Positions 11,236 through 25,566 of a stretch of DNA of 64,000 nt are shown in pieces. The stretch's first letter is position 1; every line of letters begins with the position of its first letter. The translations under genes and the position numbers were made by a program. The stretch comes from Eledone cirrhosa (Eukaryota), in assembly GCA_964016885.1 (NCBI GenBank), contig OZ024741.1:360468001-360532000 (forward strand). Reading direction: 5' to 3'. Below the pieces are notes generated by a model that saw nothing but the letters and a program-made list of their open reading frames with translations, was not told the origin of the DNA and ran no database searches.

Positions 11236-13915
11236 CTACCTGGAGTTGCGACCGATAGATAGTATTAGCAATTGGAAAGACCAACGGAAACATTGTTCCC
11301 TCGGTCCGATTTGACGAAAGTCGATCGTCCTTTGGTATCAAAGAGGTAAGCTGATTGTTGAAACCTTACACTGAAGAGATATTTATGCATATTGTATCCC
11401 AAGAATAGTAAAATAATATATGAAGTTGTTACATAAAAGCATAGAAGCAATGTGAAGTTATCAACAAGAATTGAAACTTTTCAATATTAAACAGAAAGCA
11501 ATTATAATAATAAAAAATATTTTATTCAATTGGGTGGGCAGGGGGAAGCAAGCAGATAATTTGTGCAAATATAATTGCAATAAAAAAGGGGATATGAAAT
11601 TTATTTTATTTGAAAAACCAGTATAAATTTTGAGTAAATTAATACTCCATTAGTAATTAGTAATGGTTTAAGAACAAATCAGTTATTGAAATGTATTTGA
11701 GAGCTGGAAGGTTAGGTTTTGGATTAAATAAACTCAGATTATTTGAGAATTAAAAAAGGTACCAATGAAACCAGTTACAAAAGCATAGTTTTATTTTTAC
11801 ACATTTTGCCTTTTCTCATAAATTTTTAACTTTCATTTGTTTTTCAGTTGAATAAAGCAAATGACTGTGGCAGGAAAATATTGAAGTTGTATGAAATAAC
11901 AATGGAAAAAAAAGTGAATGTTGCAAAATATTTTCTTTGAAATATTTCAGAAAGACAGATTACAGACTATGAAATCAATAAGCTTCATAGACAATGATAT
12001 AATTCATGGAACTGGCCAATTTCATAGTGAATATATTTACACATTAGGTTTTATAGTTAATTATTGCTTGGTATAAAATAAAACAAAATTACCAGAACAT
12101 GTTAAAAAAATTAATGTTTGAAACAAAATGAATACTTCCATCATCTTTAATAGCACTCTTACTATTAGCAAAATAGTTTTAAATATGTTAGTGGTGTCAG
12201 ATTGAAAGAAGTAGCAGCAAAGCTTGTTTGAAAAACAACAGTTATTCATTCAAGAACCTTTTGAGGCATTAGAATGGAAGACAAAATATATATATTTTTA
12301 ATAACATTCAGAACAATATGGCTTATAACTAACAGCAATGCAGTCATTAACACTAATTACAGGCTCCCACACTGGAGTATATAACAAAAGCTTTAGTTCA
12401 CTTTATATTTGTAGAAGTTTCCCTAAATAAATGACAATATATACTCTTCTCTTTTTGTTTGCTTTTGCTTCACTTTCACAAGATACTGTTTGAATCTGTT
12501 GAATTTCCAATTCAAACAAATTTGATAAAGTTTTTTTTTCCTGACAACCTATCAAAATAATCACCAGAGTACTAAAAGTATAGAATAAAAAAAATAACAA
12601 CAAAAAAAATTAGACTACTAGTAAATATGATCCATCATATTTGAAACCTTGAAAGAAGTTTGAAAACCGAAGAAGCCAATCAACAGATCAGACCAAGTAA
12701 ACAATATTTTCAATGGTCTTTTCATTGCTGATACTATCTACCAGTCACAACTCCTGGCAGAAAGAATTGGCTTTTAAAATCAGAATGCATAGGACTGAAT
12801 CAGATACCAACTTGTTAACAATTCTGCTAAACTGCTATCCTTGTATTGGTACTTTTTTTTTATCAACTCTGAAAGAACGAAAACAAAGTGGACATCACCA
12901 GGATTTGAACCCAGAACACAGTTAGCTGGAACAAATACCAAGGAATTTAATTCAACACCCTAACGACTGCCAATTTGATGCACAGGAGTTCACCTTGGCT
13001 TTTAACAAATATTTTGTCACCCTATATATAATCAAGCAGAACAAGAGAGAGAAATTCATTGTTAGGAAGTTAGTCTGAAACTATTGAACTTGCTTAAGAT
13101 CTTTTCTGCTTTTATCTGATTGATTTTTTTTAAACAATTACATATGTATCTTTATTGATAAACACTGTTTATATATTAGTATATAAACATAATCTATATA
13201 AAAAGGTGGAAAGTGTGGGAGAAGATACACATACTCAATCACACACATTAACAAAGGGTGTTCAAGTTTCCCTCTGATAATTTTTTAGGCAAGCCAACAC
13301 ACTTGTAGCATTTCCACAAGTGTTAGTGAAGCTAAGGTGCTGGAATAATCAAGCACACTCTCAGGCATCACCTGATATATTTTATCTATTGAACTAATAC
13401 CTATCTCTTCTAAAGGGTTGATATTTGAAGTGACAGCAGTAGACAGAGGATTGGTAAGGATTATTTTCTCAATGATTCAAACACAGGATGTAATTAAACA
13501 TAAGTTTTTAAAAATAAATATGCCATTTGTATATTTAACAATAGCATATTTTGAACAAAAAATGCATATTTAATAGATTTTGAGCTCTAATGTTTTAAGT
13601 TCTACCAAACCAAGTAATAAACTCAAGCTAGAAGTGAGAATTAGTCTATAAAAAGAAACAACAGCTAAGAGGGTATTGAATATTCCTATTTATTTAGAAC
13701 AATTATCCAAAATAAACACTAGTAATAAAATATTAAATGAGCCTCAGTCAGTTTTGAAGATGAGTGTTGATAAATGGAACTACCTACACATTAGATTAAA
13801 ATGTAAGTGGCTTAGTATTCCACAGACACATGTAATTTAATGGAGATTCAGCACGACAAAGCTGACTCTTAAAATAACAGGTATATTCCATCTGATGGGC
13901 TTGAAAACAGTTTCT

Positions 13916-13992
13916 ATAATAATAATAGTGAAATATTGTGTACAGTGCTCAGGTGCACTACAACTCATCAAAAAGTGTATGTATAGTACATA
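13916..13992 (-). mobile_element. Very short CR1-type 3' end
   Basis: Reverse complement of the 3' terminus at 680-760 (GAGTTGTAGTGCACCTGAGCAC...ATTATT). Confidence 0.75.
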
Positions 13993-16900
13993 GGTTTTCT
14001 CCAAAGCTGTACTGATTCTGCCAATGATGCCACACTAGTGGTGATGATTTGAATATCCAATACTATCTACTTGGTTCTTTGGTAAAAGACTCTTGTCAAG
14101 ATGCTGTAAAATGGGACTGGAAATTCATGATTGTGACTCAAACCTCTTAACCATTTAGACATGCTGTATCCATCACAGTGTAACCCAAACCAGAACATCA
14201 TGGTTGGGAAGTACATTTTGAAACTATACAGCCATGCTACATCCATGAAATACCAGTAATACAATGAAATTAATTCAATTGACTATATTCTACCCCCTAC
14301 AAAAATTGATCCAATGCTAAGTCAAAAGACAATTAATAAATAATGATTTGAAATTTTGTGGAAATACTGAAACAATTTATAATCAACTATAGTACATGTT
14401 TTATAGACTCTGGTGGGGGCTTAAGACATATCACTAAATACTGCAGTGTATTTAATTCGCCACTTTACTGTTTCTGCTATTTATCACACTAACAATAATT
14501 TCTAATTTAGGCACAAGAAGAGTCAATTCTGGATATGGTAAAGTCAATTAAACTGACCCCAATTCTTGATTGGTACTTTATTTTATCAACTTCAGGGAAG
14601 ATGAAAGGCAAAGTTGAGCTTGGTGGGATTTGAGCTAAGAACATAAAGAACTGTCACTAAATGTTGCAAAGCATTTTCTCCAAAGCTGTACTGATTCTGC
14701 CAATGATGCCACACTAGTGGTGATGATTTGAATATCCAATACTAATTAATTTATTGATCATGGAAGGATGAAAAGCAAAATCAGTTTTGGTGGGATTCAA
14801 ATTAACTAAACAACACAAAGTATTTATTTCATGCTATACTGACTTTGTTATTTATAACCCTAATAATTATAATCAGAGGGTGACATCACTGAGTTTAAAA
14901 AATGTACCAAAAGCTGATGTGGACCTATGACAAGGTTAGAAAGGGCTGCCTTAAATAAGTCCTATACTCATCCAAGTGCCTGACAAGCAGGCAGTGAGTT
15001 AGCATTGGTAGATATACCACTCATGCCACCAGCCTACTACCCCAACCCGTAAGTCCTTCTTTAGGAGGCTATAGGGAAAGGTTGTGAACCATATGTGTGT
15101 GACACAAGAGGTGAACTGTGAACCACCTTAAACAATACAGGCCAGTGATCCTCTACACAAAAATAGATAAAGCCCACTGGTGATGGCTATGTGTGAAAGG
15201 GACAGGTCAGGAAAACTGGGAGTCCCTAGTGTTAGAAGTTGCAGAGTGGCAATGACAATAAGATGGTTGCTAGAACCAGTGAATCGATGACAATGATTTT
15301 TGGTCCTGCTATCATGTCTGGGTAGACCTATTCATGTGTACCACGTCCCACTCCAAGTGAAGGGGATAGCCCTAGAAAAGTCAAGGGGGAAGGTGAAAAT
15401 GGGCACAGCATACTTTAAGTTGGCAAGGAGAGACGCTCTTGAGACAAAGAAACAGGACAGACTGAACAAAGCTCTGCAACCCCATCCTCTGCCATATATC
15501 TAATGCCCAAATTTTCCCTGGCTTTTTCATTCACAAATTTGACTGAAAAGTAGCCTACCGGTGCATAACCAAGGGAAACTGACCCTCTATACTCTGACAA
15601 GAGTGAAGAGTCAATATAGTATTTAATTATAATTATTTCTTTATTAGCCACAAGGTCTCAAAGACGTAGGAACATTTAAAATGGGATAAATAACAGTGAA
15701 CAGTGAGGCATTACTGTGTGTAAAAACAAAATGAGGAAATGGAAATGTCAAAAAATAACCAAGAAAAGTCCTCAATAGGCGAGGGGCCAATCAAGGAATC
15801 CTACAGATCCCTGATTCCCTGTTTGTAGCAGCTGATGCTCATTTGTTGCTCAGTATATACTTTCTGCTTATTTTCATTCCTGTGATGATAGCCTCCTCCC
15901 ATCATCATCATTCGAAAAGCAGTTGGAGGAGGAAGGGAGGAATATGGGTGATGGATATTTGTTATTTGTGTGGGTGTTGTTCTGAAGGGAATAGCCACTC
16001 CTGTTGAACCCCTTCAATGTCTACATTGTGGCCTGGGTGGTGCAGATGCTAATTTTGTTGCTGCTGCTCTTGTTGCTGTAGCTGATGTTGTGATGTTGAT
16101 TTCCACCACTCTTGCCTCAGGACAGAAAGCTATTTGGCTCTCCTTCCCTTTACCCCATATCTTATTCAAGCCCATCTTACAAATAGCTGAGGTCAAGGAT
16201 CTTTGCAATGTTCCTTGGTGTAAGCAGCATCTGTACCTATATTCTTAGGTCAGACCAGTTTCTGTAGGCCATAGATCCTTGTTCTCCAAAATCATAGTAA
16301 AATATTTTCCATTGATTTTTGGTAGGACATTTGTCAAAGTTGTCTTAGTTACTCACTGCCCCATATAAAATAGTAGTAATAAATATTTATCGAAGAAGCA
16401 TGTATATCTGGCTAACTTCCAAACCTTCTCTTCAATGACGTATATGGCTACCACCACACAATATTATCTTGCCTTTCCTACATGACATATAGAATCTCAC
16501 ACTTCCTACATACATATTTCTGCTTGTGCTGGGATATGGTTATCAACCCTTCCCTTCTTTTTATTAATATAACTATATCTCAGCGACATTCTTTTTTATA
16601 TTTACTTTTTCTGCTTCTGAAGCCAGTTTGACTCTATTAAACAGTCTTTATGTTTGAGGCTGAAGTTCTGTTTGTCTGCTAATGAAGGTTCAATCCATGT
16701 TTGGCCATGGAAGACATTGATTTGTGTGTATTTTTTTCAAATAAACTTTGCAAGGATTATTTTGGGGATGTTGCCCTAGTGGGGCTTGAAAGAAAAGAAC
16801 TGATCAATTTCTCATAATTGTGGTTGATTCCACAACAAAATAAAAACAACATAATTCACAATAATAAATCCCTAAAAGGGTAAACAAAATAATAATTCTT

Positions 16901-17774
16901 AAATTTACAGGGTGAAGTGAAATGCATCTGAAGATGTCAGCAGTCATAATAATGATAATAACAACAGTAATGATATTTAATTTATGCACAAGGCCTGCAA
17001 TTTTGGTGAAGGGGGAAGTTGATTATATAGATCCCAGTTATATGAATGGTACTTTAGATTATCAATCCCAGAAGGATGAAAGGCAAAGTTGACCTCAATG
17101 GGATTTAAACACAGAATATAAACAATTATAACTAAATGTTGCAAAACATTTTGCCTGATGCTGAACCCTTTAGCATTTAAACTGGCCATATCTGGCCAGA
17201 ATTCTCTCACTTCTTTCTGTTCAAACCAGACATAACTGGCCACTCATACTGATGTTAAGGTATTGTTCTCAAAATAAATACCAAAATCTCATAGATTCGA
17301 TATTATGTGAGATAATTATGTGAGGTAAAGTCTTTACTGCGAAAATATAATAGTAAATATAATAGTAAATATAAAGTCCCGTCTAACCCATGCTAGCATG
17401 GAAGAACGGACGTAAAATGGTGATGATGATGATGATGATGAAAGTAATGTAAATGTTAAAGGGTTAAATGATTCTGCCAATCCTCCACCCTCAATGATAA
17501 TAAAAATACAAATAATAATTTCTTATCATTTATAATAATGAACACAAACTAACAGTAAGCTATTTAAATATGGAGGAAATTAAAACTATTTTCAAAATGT
17601 GGCTCCAGGTTTTATTTCACTGCATGATATCTGGACGTTAAACGATGAAGATGAGGATGTTGATGATGATGAGTGTATGTATATATATATGTATGTTTCT
17701 GTACACAATGTAAACTAGTGTTGAATTGCATCTTTTTATGTAAAAAAAACAGTGTGTGTAGTCAGATACTCACT

Positions 17775-18070
17775 GGCTGAACCCTTCCAAACTTATAAGT
17801 GCCACGTAGTTTGCACTGGAGTGGACATGTGATACATATGAATGATGATCATTGGATAAGAAATCCTAGTGGAAGAAAGCTGCAGTAGAGGAAGACCAAG
17901 GGAGATCTGGGAGATCTGGGCTGATGTGGTGAGAGCTGATTTTAAAATGCTGAAGCTCACAGAGGAGATGATAAAGAAATGCAATGAGTGGAGGAAAGCT
18001 GTACTGAAAAGGACTCATCCAAACATGCAAGCATGGAAAAACGGATGTAAAATAATTATGATGATGATGA
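17775..18070 (+). mobile_element. Degenerate RTE LINE 3' end
   Basis: GHV..M and RGRPR..W remnants followed by GCATGGAAAACGGATGTAAAA and (GAT)n. Confidence 0.65.
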
Positions 18071-18739
18071 CAACTGTATTAAAGGGTAGCTTTAAACTAA
18101 CTAATATAATTTGTTTAAAGGAAATGAAAAGAGCTGATCATCAAGTTGGACCAAGGAAATTATGTAGACAAAGGTGCAGGTGTGGTTGTGTGATTAAGTA
18201 TTTCATTTCACAACCACGTGGTTTTGGGTTCAGTACCACTATGGCACCTTGGACAAGTGTTTGCTACTGTAGTCTTTGGTAGAACAATGCCTTGTGAAGT
18301 AAATTTGGCAGACAGAAACCATGTGGAAGCCCATCATATATGTGTGAGTGTGTCTGTGTGTGTTTGTCTATGTCCTGTAGTTTAGCATTTTGACAAAAAA
18401 GATATATTTTTAGTCTCATATGTAAATCCTGTATTCACTTCTTGCTCCTGTTTCAGTCATTTCACTGACCTATCCTCTCAATGTGTTAGGCAAAAGGAGA
18501 TAAGAAAAATCAAGTATATTTTAACCTTCTGGGGGATGAATTTTTTATGAATTGCTTCCCTTGAAACTGTATTAAGGGAGATTACTCTATCGGCACATTA
18601 AGTCACCTGCAATGCCAAGAGGGCTAAAATTAATATAGGTGCAAGTTAACAAGTTTGTTTTGCAACCAAATGGTTTTAGGTTTAGTCCCATGGCATGGTA
18701 CCTTGAGCAATTATCTTCTACTATAGCTCTGGGTTAACT

Positions 18740-19045
18740 CAGAGGTTCTCAAACCTTTTGGGCCACCGCCCCCTCGTGGCCACATAGTACCCTCAGCATC
18801 CCCAACCCTATTTCCAGAGAGACCTGCCTACACACAAATTGTAAATAATATATAATAAATAAAATCGTTAATTTATATATAATAAATAATATAATATATA
18901 CTATGTATAAATAAATATTATATATATTTTATTTTACTATATTTATATATCATATGCATCATTTGATATTTAGTATACTATTATATCATCTCTACTGCCT
19001 CCATCACCTGCTGGACTTTCTCAACACCCACTTTGAGAACCTCTA
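18740..19045. mobile_element. hAT-type MITE nested in a SINE
   Basis: TIRs CAGAGGTTCTCAAA / TTTGAGAACCTCTA; perfect 8-bp TSD GGTTAACT at 18732-18739 and 19046-19053. Confidence 0.88.
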
Positions 19046-19461
19046 GGTTAACTAATGCCTCAAAAGTGAAATTAGGTAAACAGAAACTGCAGAAGGCTTA
19101 TCATATGTGTTTGTGTGTGTTTATATTTTCTGTTCTCCTATGTTTTTGTATCCCATAGATTAGCAGTTCAACAAATAGAGATTGATAAAATAAGTACCAG
19201 ACTTTTAAAAAAAATACTATGGTTGATATAATCACCTAAAAACCTTGAAGGCAGCGGTAGTAAAAGATTAAAAGAATAATTTACATCAAATTCTCTCTCT
19301 GGTTTTCTGGTTTCAAAAGCATTCTTGAATATTTGTTTACACACTTATCAAGCTCCCTTATTTCCCAATTTCAGTTTTCTTTAAATTTCTGCTGCATACC
19401 ATATGAGAAAGACAAAATATGAACACAAAAGGAATTATAGTATTACAAGCCTAGTATATGT

Positions 19462-19716
19462 CAGGGGCAGTGGAAGCATTTCTGAAAGTTGGGGGAAGGG
19501 GGAATTTGGTCAATTTACTTGTAGTGATTAGTTTAGCTGTTATTATCAAATATCAACCAAGATATAAAAAAAACTTTGATATGTTATAAACATAACATGT
19601 ACATAAATTGTAGTGCATATACAAATATATGTGTGTGTTGGTAGTTTGGGGAGAAAAATGTAATTATTGGGACAATAGGGGGGGGGGTGCACGTCCCCTT
19701 AGTTCCGCTGCCCCTG
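19462..19716. mobile_element. MITE
   Basis: TIRs CAGGGGCAGTGGAA / TTCCGCTGCCCCTG; TSD imperfect. Confidence 0.65.
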
Positions 19717-19763
19717 TATGTGTGCCTGTGCATATATATATATAAAGTCGTTCTATAACAGTT

Positions 19764-20016
19764 TATACACCATTTCCGAGAACAATTTGTTTTACCTCAA
19801 ACGGATCATCAGTTTGGTTTAAATGAGATATCATGGAAAAGGAAGGCGATGGCACAAATAAACATGCACAGAAGATATGTTGTGGAACTACTTCTACCAA
19901 GAATATCTTCTGTGCATGTTTATTTGTGCCATTGCCTTTCTTTTCCATGTTATCTCATTTAAACTGAGCTGATGATCTGTTTGAGTTGAAACAAATTGTT
20001 CTCGAATATAGTGTGT
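19764..20016. mobile_element. Inverted repeat with hammerhead-like cores (Penelope-like pLTR remnant)
   Basis: Arms about 19764-19878 and 19903-20016. The plus arm 19965-20004 reads tgag-CTGATGA-...-GAAA-caaattg-TT-ctcg. Confidence 0.65.
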
Positions 20017-20103
20017 TAACTGTTGTGGAACTACTTCTACCAAACTCGTCCCATGAACTGAGTGCTCTACTACTGTAGATATCATCCACCATCATTCTAC
20101 CAC

Positions 20104-20145
<42 letters not shown>

Positions 20146-20186
20146 CAAATATACAGATGGAAAAATGAGCTTTTAAATCATTTTAA

Positions 20187-20318
20187 ATTCCTTACACATG
20201 TTTCAAGATAGTTGTACATCAAATTATTCAAATAACGTTGGGTGTAAATTCGTATAATCAATAACTATGCACAATAATATATAGGCATATTTTTGCACTT
20301 TTCCATTTTCAGAGGAAT
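20187..20318 (-). ncRNA. Degenerate type I hammerhead ribozyme motif
   Basis: attcct-CTGAAAA-(long insert)-GAAA-catgtg-TA-aggaat; 6-bp stem I; G8>A is uncompensated. Confidence 0.5.
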
Positions 20319-20419
20319 AACAAAAAAAAAACAACAACATTAAATTGAAGCAGAATGTGTCCAAAATTTAATTCGAAACTTACACGGGATGGGAGACCTT
20401 CCAAGTCGATCCATTGGCA

Positions 20420-22050
20420 TGTCGTACCTAGCTAAAAGTAAACTCCTCTACTTAGCTTTTGTAGACCTGAAGAAAGCGTTTGACAGAGTCCCCTGCTCCA
20501 TTATCTGGTGGGCTCTTAGAAAACTAGGTGTAGATGAATGGCTTGTGAGAGCTATACAAGCTATGTATAATGAAACAGTCAGTAAGGTTTGAATTAACAA
20601 TGAATATTGTGAAGAATTTAGTGTAAAAGTTGGCGTTCATCAAGGCTCTGTTCTTAACCGCCTCTTATTTATTATTGCCTTTCAGACTATAACAGAGGAG
20701 TTCAAGACCGGCTGCCCATGGGAAGTCCTATACACAGATGATCTAACGCTCATAGCTGAATCAATGGCTGAACTAGAGAAGAAATTCGAAACATGGAAGC
20801 ATAGCCTAGAATCAAAAAGCCTTAAAGTTAACTTGTCTAAGACCAAAGTTCTAGTTTGTAGAAATGAAAATAGGGTACAGGTGCCCTCAGGGAAATGGCC
20901 ATGCTCAGTGTGTAGGAAAGGAGTAGGCAGAAATTCCATTTTATGTCCCAAATGCAAAGTATGGGTACATAAAAGATGTAGTGGGATCACAGGTAAACTA
21001 TCTAAGAACGTAGACTTTATATGTGGCCAATGCTCAGGTGCAATAAGTAGCAAGTGTCCAAAGGATACTAGCTCCTTCTATTGCCCAGATGGTTCTATAG
21101 AAATAGTAGACACTTTTCGTTACCTGGGTGACGAATCAGCAGTGGTGGAGGGTGTTCTGAAAGTACAGTAGCCAGAGTCAGAACAGGATGGAAAAAGTTC
21201 AGAGAGCTTATACCGCTGTTGGCCACAAAAGGTTTCTCTCTAAAAATGAAAGGCAGATTGTATGATGCCTGTATACGAACAGCAATGCTACATGGCAGTG
21301 AAACATGGGCATTACGTGCAGAGGACTTGCGTAGACTGGAAAGGAATGAAGCATGCATGCTCCGTTGGATGTGAAATAGTAATATACGTGAACGGCAAAG
21401 CATAAATAAACTAAGTGAGAAATTAGAAATAAGAGGGATCAGATGCTGTTTACTTGAGAGAAGACTACGTTGGTATGGTCACGTGATGCGCATGAAAGAC
21501 GACAGCTGCATAAAAAAGTGCAGGCGATCAAAATTGATGGTAGTTACGGAATAGGTAGACCCAGAAAAACCTGGGATGATCTGATAAATTCCAACCTCAC
21601 ACACTTACATCTCTCTAAGACAATGTCTCTGGACCGAGATCTTTGGCGTTTCGCAGTAATACAGAAGACCCGCCTTGCCTATGTACAAAGCGAAACCTAC
21701 AGTCAGTAGGCACCTCTCAACCAAATATACACCCCAATCCACTACCCCTACCCTATCCTCCCACTCCCACAAAAGCACGAGAAAATGAGATCAAGATCGT
21801 GTAGGTGTCACGACAAAAAACACACACAGTCCACGCTGTAATGTGGCCGTGTAGGTAACACGGTAAAAAGTTCCCAGTTCCACACTGTAAATGTGGTTGG
21901 TGTTAGGAAGGGCATCCAGCCGTAGAAAACCTGCCAGATAGTCCTATATGAGTGAGACACCGTCACTCGTCTAGCCTTGCCCCAAGTGGGACAACTCCCT
22001 TCTAACCCATGCTAGCGTGGAAAATGGACATTAAACGAAGATGATGATGA
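20420..22050 (+). mobile_element. 5'-truncated, decayed RTE LINE (PHD-containing family)
   Basis: FVDL.KAFD, Y.DD, PHD and GRPRKTW motifs broken by stops and frameshifts; 3' UTR ends in (GAT)n then (TA)n. Confidence 0.92.
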
Positions 22051-22113
22051 TATATATATATATATATAATATATATATATATATTATATATATATATAAT
22101 GTATATATATATA

Positions 22114-22150
<37 letters not shown>

Positions 22151-22154
22151 GTGT

Positions 22155-22187
<33 letters not shown>

Positions 22188-22247
22188 ATGTGTATATATA
22201 TATATATATATAATGTATATATATATAATGTATATATATATATATAA

Positions 22248-24446
22248 TTCAAGCATGTTTTACAACGTGAGTACCAGAAACAGGAGGTATTCAAGATTGC
22301 GAGGCAGTGTGTCAGAGATAGTTGCGATGTCATTGGAGAGAAGTGTATCCGGAATGATAAAGGTGAGCTTGCCCTCACAAGTGCTGAGAAGAAAGATGCA
22401 TGGAAGAGTCATTATGATAGATTACTAAATGAGGAGAATGCATGGGGAGAAGAGACCCTACCCCAAGTAGACACTATAGAGGGACCAGCAGTACAAGTCA
22501 GCAGCAGCGTAGTAAGTAAGGCAATCAAAGATATGAAGATGGGGAAGGCAACCGGTCCATCGGGTATAGCTGCCGAGATGCTGAAGGCATCTGGGTCTGT
22601 AGGTCACACTATAACCACACGTATCGTTAACCAGGTAATACTAGAAGGGGCCATACCAAAAGATTGGTGCAGTAGCATCATTGCCAACTGCTACAAAGGT
22701 AAAGGCGATGCACTAGATAGAGGAAACTATAGAGGTATAAAGTTAATGGACCAGGTCATGAAAGTAACAGAAAGAGTTATAGCACAGCTGATTAGGGACC
22801 GGGTGAATATAGACGAGATGCAATTTGGGTTTGTACCAGGAAGAGGCACCACTGATGCCCTCTTCCTTGTGAGGCAATTACAGGAAAAGTACCTAGCTAA
22901 AAGTAAGCCACTCTACTTGGCATTTGTCGACCTTGAGAAAGCCTTTGACAGAGTTCCACGTGCTGTAATCTGGTGGGCTCTTAGAAAACTAGGAGTAGAT
23001 GAATGGCTTGTGAAAGCAGTACAAGCCATGTATAGGGGAGCAGTCAGCAAAGTTAGGATTAGCAATGAGTATAGCGAGGAATTTAGCGTACAGGTTGGGG
23101 TCCACCAGGGCTCTGTTCTTAGCCCTCTCCTGTTCATCATAGTCCTGCAGGCAATAACGGAGGAGTTTAAGACCGGATGCCCATGGGAACTCCTGTATGC
23201 TGATGACCTCGCACTCATAGCTGAATCTATGGTAGAACTAAAGAATAAATTCCAAACCTGGAAGCAGGGACTAGAGAGAAAGGGTCTCAAAGTCAACATG
23301 ACAAAGACTAAGGTCCTTGTAAGTAGACGAGAAAACAGAACCCAGATCCCCTCAGGGAAATGGCCTTGCTCAGTATGTAGGAAAGGTGTAGGTAGGAACT
23401 CCATTCTCTGCCCCAAATGCAAACAATGGGTACACAAGAGATGTAGCGGGATCTCAGGAAGCTTAATTAAGAATGTAGGATTCACATGCAGCAGCTGTGC
23501 TGAAACAGCAAGCAGCAAACAGCCACAGGAAACAAGTACCACCAATCTCTGGGAGGGCCCTGTAGAAACAGTAGACAGCTTCTGCTACCTAGGTGACTGA
23601 ATTAGCAACGGAGGTGGGTGTTCAGAAAGTACAATAACTAGGGTAAGAACGGGATGGAAGAAGTTTAGGGAACTACTACCACTGCTAGCTGCAAAAGGCT
23701 TCTCCCTCAGTATGATGCGTGTATCCGAACAGCGATGTTGCATGGTAGTGAGACCTGGGCGCTGAAGGTGGAAGACTTACATAGATTAGAGAGAAACGAA
23801 GCCTGCATGCTCCGATGGATGTGTAACAGTAATATACGTGAACGACAAAGCATAAATGAATTGAGAGAGAGACTGAGCATAAGAGGAATCAAATGCTGTG
23901 TGCAGGAGAGGCGGTTGCGCTGGTATGGACATGTGATGCGTATGAAGGATGACAGCTGCATAAAAAGGTGCAGAGCACTAGAAGTTGATGGAAACCGTGG
24001 AGTGGGGAGACCCAAGATGACCTGGGATGAGGTGATAAAAGCCGACCTTACCCAATTACACCTCTCAAAGACAATGACACACGACCGTGACTTCTGGCGT
24101 CACACAGTAATACAGAGTACCCGACCTCCCATGGGTACATGCTGAAGCATATAAACAATATACCCCCACACCCCCCACCGCAAGGTGGTCATGGAGGTGC
24201 CACGGCAAAAAAGCACCCAGCCCACACTGTAAAGTGGACGTGTAGGCGCCACGAAAAAGCACCCAGCACTCACTGTAAATGAGGTTGGTGTTAGGAAGGG
24301 CATCCAGCTGTAGAAATCAAGCCAGATCAGTTCCTGTATGAGCAAGGCATGGTCAGCTGACCAGACACTGCACACAACAGGACAACCCGTCTAACCCATG
24401 CTAGCGTGGAAGAACGGACGTAAAACGGTGATGATGATGATGATGA
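22248..24446 (+). mobile_element. 5'-truncated RTE LINE, second subfamily
   Basis: ORF 22533-23600 (NYRGIKL, QFGF, GVHQGSVLSP, LYADD, PHD at 23367-23498) and ORF 23735-24145; (GAT)n tail. Confidence 0.93.
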
Positions 24447-24543
24447 TATATATATATAATGTGTATATATATATATATAAATATATATAATGTATATATA
24501 TATAAATATATATAATGTATATATATATAAATATATATATATA

Positions 24544-24574
<31 letters not shown>

Positions 24575-24630
24575 ATGTGTATATATATATATATATATAT
24601 AATGTGTATATATATATATATATATATATA

Positions 24631-24700
<70 letters not shown>

Positions 24701-24756
24701 GTGTATATATATATATATATATATATAATGTGTATATATATATATATATATATATA

Positions 24757-24787
<31 letters not shown>

Positions 24788-24816
24788 ATGTGTATATATA
24801 TATATATATATATATA

Positions 24817-24909
<93 letters not shown>

Positions 24910-25020
24910 ATATATATAATATATATATATATATAATATTATATATATATATATATAATATTATATATATATATATATAATATTATATATATATATATAT
25001 ATATGTATATGTATATATAT
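24447..25020. repeat. (TA)n microsatellite with AATGTG punctuation
   Basis: Seen directly. Confidence 0.95.
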
Positions 25021-25027
25021 ATAAATA

Positions 25028-25383
25028 AGCCACATGGCTTAGTGGTTAGGGCATTGGCCTTGCAATCGAAAGGTTGTGAGTTCAATTCTCAGACCGGGTG
25101 ATGTGTTGTTTCCTTGAGCAAGACACTTTATTTCACATTGCTCCAGTTTACTCAGCTGTAGAAATGAGATGATAGGGACTGGGGTCCATATCATTCCACT
25201 CCACGTGGTCGTGTAGGTGCCGCGGCAAAAAAGCACCCAGCACTCACTGTAAATGAGGTTGGCATTAGGAAGGGCATCCAGCTGTAGAAATCAAGCCAGA
25301 ATCAGTTCCCGTCCCACCCTTGCAAGCAGGGAAAAGTGGATGTAAAATGATGATGATGAATGATGATGATGATGATGATGATA
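25028..25383 (+). mobile_element. Complete tripartite SINE (tRNA head, core, RTE-derived tail)
   Basis: Box A/B head, CCTTGAGCAAGACACTT core, 25210-25300 almost identical to the RTE 3' UTR at 24240-24330, and a (GAT)n tail. Confidence 0.85.
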
Positions 25384-25386
25384 ATG

Positions 25387-25424
<38 letters not shown>

Positions 25425-25566
25425 AATATATATATTATATATATATATAATGTATATATATAATGTATATATATATATAATATATATATTATATATATAA
25501 TGTATATATATATATATATATATAATGTATATATATTATAGATATATATATATATATATAATGTAT

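Noticed and set aside
14900-16800. Possible decayed LINE (Tx1/L1-like) or host exons
   Set aside because: Only short ORFs with no motif I can recognise with confidence.
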